From Gemmatimonadaceae bacterium (GTDB lineage Bacteria > Gemmatimonadota > Gemmatimonadetes > Gemmatimonadales > Gemmatimonadaceae), in contig JANRJP010000061.1 of assembly GCA_033763905.1 (NCBI GenBank), positions 1 to 50,589 of the forward strand: DNA of 50,589 bases, in the 5' to 3' direction. Positions within the stretch are counted from its first letter, which is position 1, and each line of letters begins with the position of its first letter. The notes under the pieces were generated by a model. That model saw only the letters and a program-made list of their open reading frames with translations. It searched no databases and had not been told where the DNA came from. Below are positions 1 to 8,961 of this stretch, one piece after another. The translations under genes were made by a program, and so were the position numbers.

Positions 1-1235
1 CGCCACGTGAGCGCGCCGTCGCGCCCGCTGGCGGTGCCGCTGCTGAATCGCCCATCGGCCGCGATACGCGCCCGCAGCGTCCCGCGTGAGGTCCACGCCA
101 ACACCGAGTCGCCCGGCACGTGGGTGATCGTCTCCATCGACGTCGCGCCTTCGGTGGGCGCTCGGCCGCGCTCGCGGCAGGACGGATCGCCGTCGACCAG
201 CACACTGCGCGTGACGACGCGGTATCGGCCCGACACACCGCGGGCGACCAAGTCCGGCCGCGACACCGCGAGGTCGCCGCCCGTCGAGTCGGCCGTCGGC
301 CGCCACACGCGACCGTCGGCCAGCCGCACGCGCGCGACGATCGGCAGCGGTAACGCGTACGGCAGGCCGGACGCGTCGTCGTGGAGATACACGTCGGTCG
401 CGGTGATCAAGTCGACGATGCCCGCGTAGCGTCGACCATCGAACAGGTCGACCTCGGCGCGTTGACCAGGGGGCAGGGCGGCTGCCGTGCTCGTCGGTGG
501 CAAGTCGGTCCGTTGCTCACGCGGCGACTCGGTCGGCGTCACTGGCGTCACTGGCGCCACCGGCGCCACCGACGCCGCCGCGCGCGGCGCGGACGCCACG
601 ATCGCGCCTGGTCGCTTGCTGCCGTCGCCCAGCAGCGACGCCGCGCCAAGGATGAACCCGATCGTCGCGAGGACAATCGTCACGAACAGTCCTACATCGC
701 GTGGCGTGGGGCCGCGAAGCGGCATCGTGTAGGTGCGCGCCGGCGGCAGCGGGCGGGCCGCGGAGCCAACGGGGGCGGCGCGCCCGACAGCACCGCGTGC
801 CGTCGCTCGCGGCGGCGACGGCGCCAGAACCGCCCGGCGCTGCAACTCGTCGCGCGCGCGTTCTCGAGCCTGTCGTGCCTCCTCGGCTTGCGCGCGGTCC
901 AGCGCCGTCGCATCGACCAGACCCAGCGCCGTGCCCCACGCGGCCACCCCCCAGTGTGCGGCGGGGCGCTCCACGAACGCGTCCGCCGCAAAGGCGCGCG
1001 CGACCTGCGCCACGCGCGCCACGTCATCACCGGCGTCCTGCGCAGCGAGGCGATCGGCCACGCCCCACTCGTGCAGCCGCCACAGTAGCGTCACGTGCGC
1101 ACGCGAGTCGCCGCCGCCGAAGTCCAGCAGCCGATTGATGAATAGATCGCGTCGATCCGCCGGCCAGCTGGCCGGATCGTTTACGAGGCGATGCAGCCCG
1201 TCACGGACCGCATCCGCAGTGGCGAGCGCAGTCAT
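1..1235 (-). CDS. Hypothetical single-pass membrane protein (partial, runs off the left edge)
   Basis: Manual translation from ATG at 1235 (MTALATADAVRDGLHRLVNDP...) stays open to the window edge, so it is absent from the ORF track. It has a helical N-terminal region, a Pro/Ala/Arg linker, one TM segment (VGLFVTIVLATIGFILGAASLL), a Pro/Val/Ala linker and a beta-rich C-terminal part. It lies just downstream of the DinB gene in the same orientation. Confidence 0.7.
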   Translation of the reverse strand, partial: MTALATADAVRDGLHRLVNDPASWPADRRDLFINRLLDFGGGDSRAHVTLLWRLHEWGVADRLAAQDAGDDVARVAQVARAFAADAFVERPAAHWGVAAWGTALGLVDATALDRAQAEEARQARERARDELQRRAVLAPSPPRATARGAVGRAAPVGSAARPLPPARTYTMPLRGPTPRDVGLFVTIVLATIGFILGAASLLGDGSKRPGAIVASAPRAAASVAPVAPVTPVTPTESPREQRTDLPPTSTAAALPPGQRAEVDLFDGRRYAGIVDLITATDVYLHDDASGLPYALPLPIVARVRLADGRVWRPTADSTGGDLAVSRPDLVARGVSGRYRVVTRSVLVDGDPSCRERGRAPTEGATSMETITHVPGDSVLAWTSRGTLRARIAADGRFSSGTASGRDGALTW

Positions 1236-1257
1236 CGCGTCGCGCGCCACGACGCAC

Positions 1258-1773
1258 TCACCGATAGCGCTCCTTGAGGATCGCCAGGTGATGGATCGCG
1301 TGCCCGGCAATGATCCACGCGAGCGCACGCGCCGACACTCCGTTGCCGCTCGCGCGGCCGAGCTTGTCCCACACGTCGTCCGGCAGGTTGCGCACCAGCT
1401 GCATCGTCGACGAGCGCACGCCGGTGAACTCGGCGGCGAGTGACAACAGGGTGCGCGAATCGGCCTTCGCCGACGCGACGAAGTCGTCCTGCTCGAAGCC
1501 GGGCAACTCGGTCGTGTCGCCGCGCGCGATGCGCAGGAGCCGATAGCTCATCACGCGTTCGGTGTCGATGATGTGCAGCAGCGTATCGGCAATGCTCCAC
1601 TTGCCCTCGGCGTACCGGTAGCTGCGTCGGGCCTCGGACACACCGGTGATGTAGGCCGACAGTTCGCCGGTGCCGTGTTCGAGGGTGACCAGCAGGTTGC
1701 CCTCGGGCACCTTGGCGATGTACCCGGCATAAAACGGCGCGAACTCGTGCGCGGCAGGACGACGGCTCAGCAT
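1258..1773 (-). CDS. DinB/YfiT family protein
   Basis: Motifs YAEGKWS, LLHIIDTERVM, PGFEQDDF and IAGHAIHHL give the His triad of the DinB_2 family. Start taken at ATG 1773 (MLSRRP...). Confidence 0.85.
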   Translation of the reverse strand: MLSRRPAAHEFAPFYAGYIAKVPEGNLLVTLEHGTGELSAYITGVSEARRSYRYAEGKWSIADTLLHIIDTERVMSYRLLRIARGDTTELPGFEQDDFVASAKADSRTLLSLAAEFTGVRSSTMQLVRNLPDDVWDKLGRASGNGVSARALAWIIAGHAIHHLAILKERYR

Positions 1774-1792
1774 AGACGACTCGTGGACGGGG

Positions 1793-2653
1793 TCAGTATC
1801 CGCGCGCGTCGAGGAACGCCTTCCACAGCGGGGCCTCGAACACGCCGCCAATCACCAGATGTTCCACCACGGCCAGCACCAGCACCGCCGTCAGCAGCGC
1901 GAGGCCGTTGCGCAGGTAGCCGAGCTTCGTGCGGCTCGCCTGCCAGGCGAAGAGCGCTGCAACGATCGACAGCACGATGATCGTCGCGCCCAGCAGGGGC
2001 GAGTTCTCGGACGGGCCGAAGAACCGCTCGAGGAACCGCAGGTGCATCGGGAGGAACTCGGCACCCGCGCGCTCCACGCCGAAGAAGATGTTCAGCTTGG
2101 CACTCTGCTGCACGACCCAGAAGAGCAGATACGCCCAGACCGACATTCGATTCGCGTGTCCGATCGTGAGCACGACCAGCACGCCGAGCAGCAGTACGCC
2201 GATCACATCGTTGGCGATCGTGGCCCGAATGGCGTCGAGGGCCATCGGCCACGAGCCCTGCGCGTAGGGCAGGGCGCGTGTCGCCGCATCGGCCGGGCCG
2301 GCGGGCAGTCCCGCGTACAGCAGCGTGGCGGGCCAGGCCCAGAGCAGCGCTGCCCCCAACCACGCCCGGAGCGCGCCCTTGGGCGTGGCCGAGTCGCGGG
2401 TGCTGACGACCAGCCACACGCCGACAGCGCCCAGCGCCGTCGCGGCAGCGACGCCGAAGAGCCGCGTGATGGGATCGCGTTGGATGAGGAAGATCAGCCC
2501 GGTCGCCAGCCACCAGTACGCGAGCACCAACGCCACGTCGCGTGCAACGATCCACAGGCCGTTGGCCGCCAGATCCGTTCGTACAACCGGCGTCGGCGCG
2601 GCCTCAACCGCATCCATCGGGCGCAACGAAAGGGAGTCTGGTGTCGGGGTCAT
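1793..2653 (-). CDS. puhE: Photosynthetic complex assembly protein PuhE (DUF3623 family)
   Basis: Multi-TM protein with YWWLATG, SAKLNIFFGV, EFLP.HL.FL..FF and LAVVEH motifs. ATG at 2653 overlaps the bchD stop (ATGA). The longer 1793..3328 ORF in the track has a spurious N-terminus. Confidence 0.75.
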   Translation of the reverse strand: MTPTPDSLSLRPMDAVEAAPTPVVRTDLAANGLWIVARDVALVLAYWWLATGLIFLIQRDPITRLFGVAAATALGAVGVWLVVSTRDSATPKGALRAWLGAALLWAWPATLLYAGLPAGPADAATRALPYAQGSWPMALDAIRATIANDVIGVLLLGVLVVLTIGHANRMSVWAYLLFWVVQQSAKLNIFFGVERAGAEFLPMHLRFLERFFGPSENSPLLGATIIVLSIVAALFAWQASRTKLGYLRNGLALLTAVLVLAVVEHLVIGGVFEAPLWKAFLDARGY

Positions 2654-4464
2654 CCGGTGCTCACCATTGTCTTGACCGCGCCAGTTACCACGCGCGCGTC
2701 GGCGTTCGGTAAGAGAAGGTACCGCGCCCGCATCGCCTCCGCGACCGCCTTGGCCATCCGTTCGCCTCGCGGCGAGGTATCCACGAACAGCGACGCGATG
2801 CCCGACGCCCCGAAGGCCGCGGCGGACTGCATCGCGTCCTGCTCGGCGCGCGGGCGACCGGGCTGGCCGTCGCGCCCGATGTTCGCCCGCGCATCGGTCA
2901 GGAACACACAGAGGACCTGATTGCCTTCGCGCTTCGCCTGTTGCGCGAGGCCCAATGCCGTATCGATGCCGCTGGCCAACGGCGTGCCGCCGCCGCCCGG
3001 CAGGCCGGTCAGCGCGCGGCGTGCACGCGCGAGCGCACGGGTGGCAGGCAGCAACACGTCGGCCTTCGTGCCACGGAAGGCAATGAGCGCCACCTTGTCG
3101 CGTCGCGCGTAGCTCTCGGCGAGCAACTGCTCGATCGCGCCCTTTGCCTCGTTCATCCGGTTGAGGGCACTCGAGCCCGACGCGTCGACGGCAAAAATCA
3201 CCGTCGTGCCCGCCTTCTCGACGAAGCGCCGAATCTTGAAGTCGTCGCGTTGGACTTCGATGCGCGCGGCGCGTTCTCCCGGTGGCGGCTCGGCCACGCC
3301 ACGCAGGCGCCGACGCACGCGCTGCCACGGCGCGGCCGTGCGGAGCGTGTCGAGCACGTGCAGGCGCTTGCCGCCCCGCGGCTCGCCACTGCGTGAGCCG
3401 ATCTGTCGCCCGCGCGTCGCGCCCTTTTGATCGGCGCCGCTACGCCCCTGTTCGCGGCTGCCGCGCATCGGTCCCTGCGCCAGCAGCGCGAGCAGATCGG
3501 GCGGAATCGCCGCCGTTGCGGCTTCGACGAGACGATCTTCGAGCTCACGCTCGTTGCCTTCGTCGGGTGGCGGTTCGTCGACGTCGTCGGGCGGCGTGTC
3601 CGGGGTGTCGGGTGGCGGCGGTGGTTCTTCCGGTGGCGACTCCTCCGGCGGCGGCGCGGGCATCCGCGTGGCCCGCGGGCCCAGCACCAACTGCACCGCG
3701 ATGCGCAGGTCATCGTCGGTGGTCACATCGCGCAGCCCCAGCGCTGCCGACGCGCGCGCCACGCGCAGCGCGAGCATCGGCGCGCGGAGCGCGTCCACGC
3801 CCAAGGCCGCAGCGGTCGCGACGATCGCACGGATCGCGTCGGGCGGCGTCTCCACCCGATCGAAGCGCGCGCGGGCCTCGCGCAGGGTCTCGGCGTCGGG
3901 CCAGAGATGCGCCTCGGCGTCCCAGCGCGACGGAACCACGACCGCGAACGCTAGTCGCTCGGTGAGGGCAGGGGACACGCCGCCGTCGTCGTCTTCGGCG
4001 TGATCGTCGAAGGCGACGACGCCGGTGCGCGCGTCGAACTGCTCGACGACACCATCGCGCGCGAGGTCGAGGCGCCCCGAATCGAGGACGGCGCAGAGTC
4101 GTGACACCACACCGCGCGACAGGCGCTCCGCACCGGGAATCACGACGAGTCCCCCGCTGGCGTCGGCGAGCAACCCGCGCTCGGCGACCGGCTTCCCTCG
4201 CGACAGCGTCGCGGCCAAGTCGAGTCCGCCGAGCAAGCGGTCGTCGGTGACCGAGGGCGGCAACCGCCGCACCGGTTGTTCGGTCCCGAGCATCGCGCGG
4301 AGCGCCGCCGTCCAGCGCAGGCCTTCTTCGCCACTCGCCCGCACGAGCGCCCCGCCCAAGGCGTGCGGCGCGACGGCCAGCAGCGATGCGGCCGAGGCCA
4401 CCAGCTCAGCCGCCGCCGCGGCCGCAGCCGCCGGATCGAACTCGGCGTCTGCGTCGGTCGTCAT
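2650..4464 (-). CDS. bchD: Magnesium chelatase subunit D
   Basis: Degenerate AAA N-domain (DDRLLGGLDLAATL), a Pro/acidic linker (PPPEESPPEEPPPPP) and a C-terminal vWA domain with MIDAS (VDASGSS). Adjacent to bchI. Confidence 0.95.
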   Translation of the reverse strand: MTTDADAEFDPAAAAAAAAELVASAASLLAVAPHALGGALVRASGEEGLRWTAALRAMLGTEQPVRRLPPSVTDDRLLGGLDLAATLSRGKPVAERGLLADASGGLVVIPGAERLSRGVVSRLCAVLDSGRLDLARDGVVEQFDARTGVVAFDDHAEDDDGGVSPALTERLAFAVVVPSRWDAEAHLWPDAETLREARARFDRVETPPDAIRAIVATAAALGVDALRAPMLALRVARASAALGLRDVTTDDDLRIAVQLVLGPRATRMPAPPPEESPPEEPPPPPDTPDTPPDDVDEPPPDEGNERELEDRLVEAATAAIPPDLLALLAQGPMRGSREQGRSGADQKGATRGRQIGSRSGEPRGGKRLHVLDTLRTAAPWQRVRRRLRGVAEPPPGERAARIEVQRDDFKIRRFVEKAGTTVIFAVDASGSSALNRMNEAKGAIEQLLAESYARRDKVALIAFRGTKADVLLPATRALARARRALTGLPGGGGTPLASGIDTALGLAQQAKREGNQVLCVFLTDARANIGRDGQPGRPRAEQDAMQSAAAFGASGIASLFVDTSPRGERMAKAVAEAMRARYLLLPNADARVVTGAVKTMVSTG

Positions 4465-5511
4465 TTACGCCGTCGCGGGCGCGCCGAAGACTTCGTCGAT
4501 CACGCGTGCGACGCGCGCCGACGACCCGGTGTCATCGAGCACGTTCTTGCGGAGCCGATGGCGCAAGGCCATCGGGGCCACGTGCTTCAACTGCGCGTCG
4601 GTGACGTGCTTCTTGCCCTCGAGCGCGGTGATCGCGCGGGCCGCACGCAACAGCGTGAGTTCCCCGCGAAGGCCATCGGTGCCGAGCGTGAGGCAGAGCT
4701 GCGACGCGCGCTCGAGAATGGCGCGCGGCACGTCGACATCGGGCAGGTGCTTGCGTGCCTTTTCGATCTTGCGTCGCAGCTTGTCGTCTTCCGCGCTCCA
4801 CTGCGCGGTGAACCCCGCTGGATCACGGTCGAAGGCGTCGCGACGCATCACCACGTCAACGCGGGTCGGCACATCGAGCGGCGTCCGCACCTCGACCGAG
4901 AGCCCGAACCGGTCGAGCAGCTGCGGGCGCAGTTCGCCTTCTTCCGGATTGCCCGATCCCACCAAGACGAAGCGCGCCGGGTGCCGCACCGAGACGCCTT
5001 CGCGCTCGACGACGTTCTCACCGGTTTGGGCGACGTCGAGCAGCAAGTCCACCAAGTGGTCTTCGAGCAGGTTGACTTCGTCCACGTACAGGAACCCGCG
5101 GTGCGCTCGCGCGAGCAAGCCGGGCTCGAAGGCCTTTTCGCCCTTCGCGAGTGCGCGCTCGAGGTCCAACGAGCCCACCACGCGATCTTCGGTGGCGCCG
5201 AGCGGTAGATCCACCACCGGCACCGGTGCGTGATCGGTCGGCACCTTGTGCTTGCCATCGAGGTGCGCTGCGCAGCCCTGCACGTCGCAACCGGCCGTCC
5301 GTGCGGCGGGGTCGCACCCGTAGCGACAGCCCTTGACCACCTTCATTTCGGGCAGCAACGCCGGCATCGCACGGACGGCCGTGGACTTGCCCGTCCCACG
5401 ATCGCCGAAGACCATCACGCCGCCGATCGCGGGATCCACCGCCGCGATGCTCAGCGCGAGCTTCATTTCTTCTTGGCCCACAATGGCCGAGAACGGATAG
5501 ACGTATCGCAT
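4465..5511 (-). CDS. bchI: Magnesium chelatase ATPase subunit I
   Basis: YPFSAIVGQEEMK, Walker A GDRGTGKST, LYVDEVNLL and GNPEEGELRPQLLDRFG. Confidence 0.97.
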   Translation of the reverse strand: MRYVYPFSAIVGQEEMKLALSIAAVDPAIGGVMVFGDRGTGKSTAVRAMPALLPEMKVVKGCRYGCDPAARTAGCDVQGCAAHLDGKHKVPTDHAPVPVVDLPLGATEDRVVGSLDLERALAKGEKAFEPGLLARAHRGFLYVDEVNLLEDHLVDLLLDVAQTGENVVEREGVSVRHPARFVLVGSGNPEEGELRPQLLDRFGLSVEVRTPLDVPTRVDVVMRRDAFDRDPAGFTAQWSAEDDKLRRKIEKARKHLPDVDVPRAILERASQLCLTLGTDGLRGELTLLRAARAITALEGKKHVTDAQLKHVAPMALRHRLRKNVLDDTGSSARVARVIDEVFGAPATA

Positions 5512-5567
5512 CGTGGCGGGACGCTAGCGGAGCCGGGCGTCGCAGGCAACGCCCCGCGCGGGCGCGG

Positions 5568-5597
5568 TTGACATCGCTACCCGACGCCGGGTAACGT
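5568..5597 (+). promoter_or_regulatory. Putative sigma70 promoter for crtF
   Basis: TTGACA (5568-5573), an 18-nt spacer and TAACGT (5592-5597) in the divergent bchI/crtF gap. Confidence 0.45.
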
Positions 5598-5618
5598 CGC
5601 GCAGACCACTGCGCGCCC

Positions 5619-6860
5619 GTGGCATTCACGTCACCGACGCGTCTTGGACCGCCGTACCACCTCCTGCCAACCGATCTCCGCGTGAGTCTTCCCGATGCGC
5701 TCCGCGCCGACACCCCGGCGAGCCCCACGCTCGCCGATGCGCCCCTGAGCTGGCGCGACCGGTTCCTCGGCTGGCGCGATGCCCTGTACGCGCATCCGGT
5801 GTTTCAGAAGTGGGCGGCCGAACTGCCGATCCTCCGGACGATCACGCGCATTCGGTCCCGTGCGGTGTTCGACTTGGTGTCGGGCTTCGTCTACTCGCAG
5901 ACGCTCTCGGCGTGTTTCGAGCTGGGGCTCTTCAAGATGCTGGCGGAGGGCCCGCAGGATCTCGCGACGCTCGCCCGCCGCACCGGGATGCCGGCCGACG
6001 GGCTCGAGCGACTGCTCAAGGCGGCGATGAGTCTCGACCTGGTGCAGTCGCGCAGTCGCGGGCGCTACGGTTTGGGCAAGCTCGCGGGGCCGCTGGTGCA
6101 CGATACGGCCTTGGCGCATATGGTCGCGCATCATCGGCACTTCTATGCCGATCTGGCCAACCCGCTCGCGATGTTGCGCAAGCAGGCCGGCGACACGGTG
6201 CTGGCCAAGTTCTGGTCCTACGCCGAGGCGGCGCGCCCGCAGGATATCGATGCCGGCAACGCTGCCGAGTACTCGGGCATTATGGCCGAGACGATTCCGC
6301 CGCTCGCGGCCGATGTGCTCGACCACTATGACTTGGGTCGGCACCGCCGCTTGATGGACGTCGGTGGCGGCGAGGGCGTGTTTCTGGCGGCGGCTGCGCA
6401 GCGGCATTCAGCGCTCGAAGTCCAACTGTTTGATTTGCCGCCGGTCGTCGCGCGGGCGGCCAAGCGCTTCGAGGCGTTGGGGCTGGCGTCTCGCGCGACG
6501 ATGGTCGGCGGCAACTTCCACGATGATCCGCTGCCGACGGGCGCCGATGTGATCTCGCTCGTGCGCGTCTTGCTGGACCACAGCGACACGAAGGCTCGGA
6601 TGATCCTGCGCCGTGTCCGAGAGGCGCTGCCGCCGGGCGGGGTGTTGCTCGTGGCCGAGCCGGTCGGGGGCCGACCGCAGACGGCGCCGCTAGCCGACGC
6701 GTACTTCGGCTTCTATTTGTGGGCGATGGGGAGCGGCCGCGCCCGGTCCGAGACCGAACACCGGGCAATGCTCGCCGAGGCCGGCTTTTCGACCGTCCGC
6801 CGCGTCCCGACCCGGACGCCATTCTGGACCGACCTGCTGGTAGCGACGGTCGAGGGCTGA
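5619..6860 (+). CDS. crtF: Hydroxyneurosporene/demethylspheroidene O-methyltransferase (true start may be GTG 5682)
   Basis: FDLVSGFVYSQTL, HHRHFYADL, SAM motif MDVGGGEG and FGFYLWAMGSGR. Canonical position upstream of bchC. Confidence 0.92.
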   Translation: MAFTSPTRLGPPYHLLPTDLRVSLPDALRADTPASPTLADAPLSWRDRFLGWRDALYAHPVFQKWAAELPILRTITRIRSRAVFDLVSGFVYSQTLSACFELGLFKMLAEGPQDLATLARRTGMPADGLERLLKAAMSLDLVQSRSRGRYGLGKLAGPLVHDTALAHMVAHHRHFYADLANPLAMLRKQAGDTVLAKFWSYAEAARPQDIDAGNAAEYSGIMAETIPPLAADVLDHYDLGRHRRLMDVGGGEGVFLAAAAQRHSALEVQLFDLPPVVARAAKRFEALGLASRATMVGGNFHDDPLPTGADVISLVRVLLDHSDTKARMILRRVREALPPGGVLLVAEPVGGRPQTAPLADAYFGFYLWAMGSGRARSETEHRAMLAEAGFSTVRRVPTRTPFWTDLLVATVEG

Positions 6861-6915
6861 ACGGGGGCCAGCGCCCCCTGGGGTATCCCGGCGTAGGCAA
6901 TTCCCCGATAGGGAG

Positions 6916-6959
6916 TGTCAGGAACAGTTGACACTCTAGACCGTCACGATAAGTTGACA
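6916..6959. promoter_or_regulatory. Tandem PpsR/CrtJ operator palindromes in the bchC promoter
   Basis: TGT-caggaacagttg-ACA (6916-6933) is a perfect TGT-N12-ACA. CGT-cacgataagttg-ACA (6942-6959) has one mismatch. The two are 8 bp apart and each contains TTGACA. Confidence 0.8.
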
Positions 6960-7016
6960 CCTGCATTCGGATTGGTGCGCTGGACCACTCACGCCTCACC
7001 CGGAACTCGGTTCGAC

Positions 7017-7964
7017 GTGGACACCCTCGCGGTCGTATTCGAGCAGCCCGAAGTCCTCACGCTGAAGCGCCTGGCTCTTGTCGAGCCCGGTCCCGCCGAT
7101 GTGGTCGTCGCCGTGGAGTTCACCGGCATTTCCACGGGGACCGAACGGCTGCTCTACACCGGCAAAATGCCCCCGTTTCCGGGCCTCGGTTATCCGCTCG
7201 TGCCGGGCTACGAGACGGTCGGTCGTGTCGTCGAGGCCGGTGCGGAATCGGGGCACGTGGTCGGCGAGACCGTGTATGTGACCGGGGCGCGATGCTATCA
7301 GGATGCGCGCGGCCTGTTTGGCGGGGCGGCGCAGCGACTGATCGTGCCGGGTGCCAAGGCGTGGAAGGTGCCCGCCAATCTCGGCGAGCAGGGCGCGCTG
7401 TTCGCGCTCGCCGCCACCGCGTACCACGCCATTGTCGCGAGTGATCGCGGGTTCCTCCCCGACCTCATCATCGGCCACGGCGCCCTCGGCCGGCTGATCG
7501 CCCGCATCACGATGGCGCTCGATCCCGAGGCGCGGCCCACGGTGTGGGAGACCAACCCGATTCGCCGGCAGGGCAGCTATCCGTACCTCGTCATCGACCC
7601 CTCGGAGGAGACGCGCAAGGATTACCGCTGCATTCACGAGGTCGCCGGGGCCAACGGCATCGTCGACCAGCTCGTGATGCGGCTGGCGCCCAAGGGTGAA
7701 ATCGTGCTCGCCGGTTTCTATCACGAACCGGTCGCTTTCAACTTCCCGTTTGCGTTCATCAAGGAAGCCCGACTCCGCATCGCCGCCGAGTGGACCGACG
7801 CCGATCTCCAGGCGACGATCGACCTCGTGCGCGACGGGCGGCTCTCGCTCGATGGTCTCGTGACGCACCGCGTGGCGGCAGCTGACGCCCCGGCCGGCTA
7901 CGCGACCGCGTTCACTGATCCCGGCTGTGTGAAGATGGTCCTCGATTGGAGATCCACCGAATGA
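7017..7964 (+). CDS. bchC: Bacteriochlorophyllide a dehydrogenase
   Basis: GISTGTERLL, MPPFPGLGYPLVPGYE, LIIGHGALGRL and AAEW motifs. Start placed at GTG 7017 (MDTLAVVFEQP) because the track's 6915 start lies within the operator. Confidence 0.93.
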   Translation: MDTLAVVFEQPEVLTLKRLALVEPGPADVVVAVEFTGISTGTERLLYTGKMPPFPGLGYPLVPGYETVGRVVEAGAESGHVVGETVYVTGARCYQDARGLFGGAAQRLIVPGAKAWKVPANLGEQGALFALAATAYHAIVASDRGFLPDLIIGHGALGRLIARITMALDPEARPTVWETNPIRRQGSYPYLVIDPSEETRKDYRCIHEVAGANGIVDQLVMRLAPKGEIVLAGFYHEPVAFNFPFAFIKEARLRIAAEWTDADLQATIDLVRDGRLSLDGLVTHRVAAADAPAGYATAFTDPGCVKMVLDWRSTE

Positions 7965-8956
7965 ACAACGACGCGCTCGTGCAGCTCCGCTCGAACCTCT
8001 CGGCCGAAGCGGCCGCCGAACCGGCGCCGGTGCACACCGGCCCCGTCACCAAGGAAACGCAGATCATCGCGATCTACGGCAAGGGTGGCATCGGCAAGAG
8101 TTTCACGCTCGCCAATCTGTCGTATATGATGGCGCAGCAGGGCAAGAAGGTCCTGCTGATCGGCTGCGATCCGAAGTCCGACACGACCTCGCTGCTCTTC
8201 GGCGGCAAGGCGTGCCCGACGATCATCGACACCTCGTCGAAGAAGAAGCTCGCCGGCGAGACCATCCGCATCGAAGACGTCTGCTTCAAGCGCGATGGTG
8301 TCTTTGCGATGGAGCTTGGCGGCCCCGAAGTCGGTCGTGGCTGCGGCGGCCGCGGCATCATTCACGGCTTCGAAACCCTCGAGAAGCTCGGCTTCCACGA
8401 GTGGGGCTTCGACTTCGTGCTGCTCGACTTCCTCGGCGACGTGGTGTGCGGTGGCTTCGGTCTGCCGATCGCGCGCGATATGTGTCAGAAGGTCATCGTC
8501 GTGGGCTCGAACGACCTCCAGTCGCTGTACGTCGCGAACAACGTCTGCAACGCGGTTGAGTACTTCCGGAAGCTCGGCGGCAACGTCGGCGTCGCCGGGA
8601 TGGTCGTGAACAAGGATGACGGCACCGGTGAGGCCTCGCGGTTCGCCGAAGCCGCGGGCATTCCCGTGCTGGCCAAGGTGCCGGCGCACGAAGACATCCG
8701 CCGCAAGTCGGCGAACTACGAGATCATCGGCTTCCCCGGCGGCCAGTGGGGTCCGCTCTTCGAAGAGCTCGCCACGAACGTGGCCGAGGCGCCGCCGGTC
8801 CGCCCGAAGCCGATGTCGATGGACGCGCTGCTCAATCTCTTCAGCGCCGACACGGTGGGCCGCGATGTGAAGCTCGAGCCGGCGACGATGAAGGATATGT
8901 GCGGCAAGGACGAGATCGTCCGCGAGTCGCTCGAAGTCGTCTACGACGAGGTCTGA
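7961..8956 (+). CDS. bchX: Chlorophyllide a reductase iron protein
   Basis: NifH-like motifs YGKGGIGKS, GCDPKSD, GGPEVGRGCGGRG and DFLGDVVCGGF. ATG 7961 overlaps the bchC stop. Confidence 0.97.
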   Translation: MNNDALVQLRSNLSAEAAAEPAPVHTGPVTKETQIIAIYGKGGIGKSFTLANLSYMMAQQGKKVLLIGCDPKSDTTSLLFGGKACPTIIDTSSKKKLAGETIRIEDVCFKRDGVFAMELGGPEVGRGCGGRGIIHGFETLEKLGFHEWGFDFVLLDFLGDVVCGGFGLPIARDMCQKVIVVGSNDLQSLYVANNVCNAVEYFRKLGGNVGVAGMVVNKDDGTGEASRFAEAAGIPVLAKVPAHEDIRRKSANYEIIGFPGGQWGPLFEELATNVAEAPPVRPKPMSMDALLNLFSADTVGRDVKLEPATMKDMCGKDEIVRESLEVVYDEV

Positions 8957-8961
8957 GCGCG

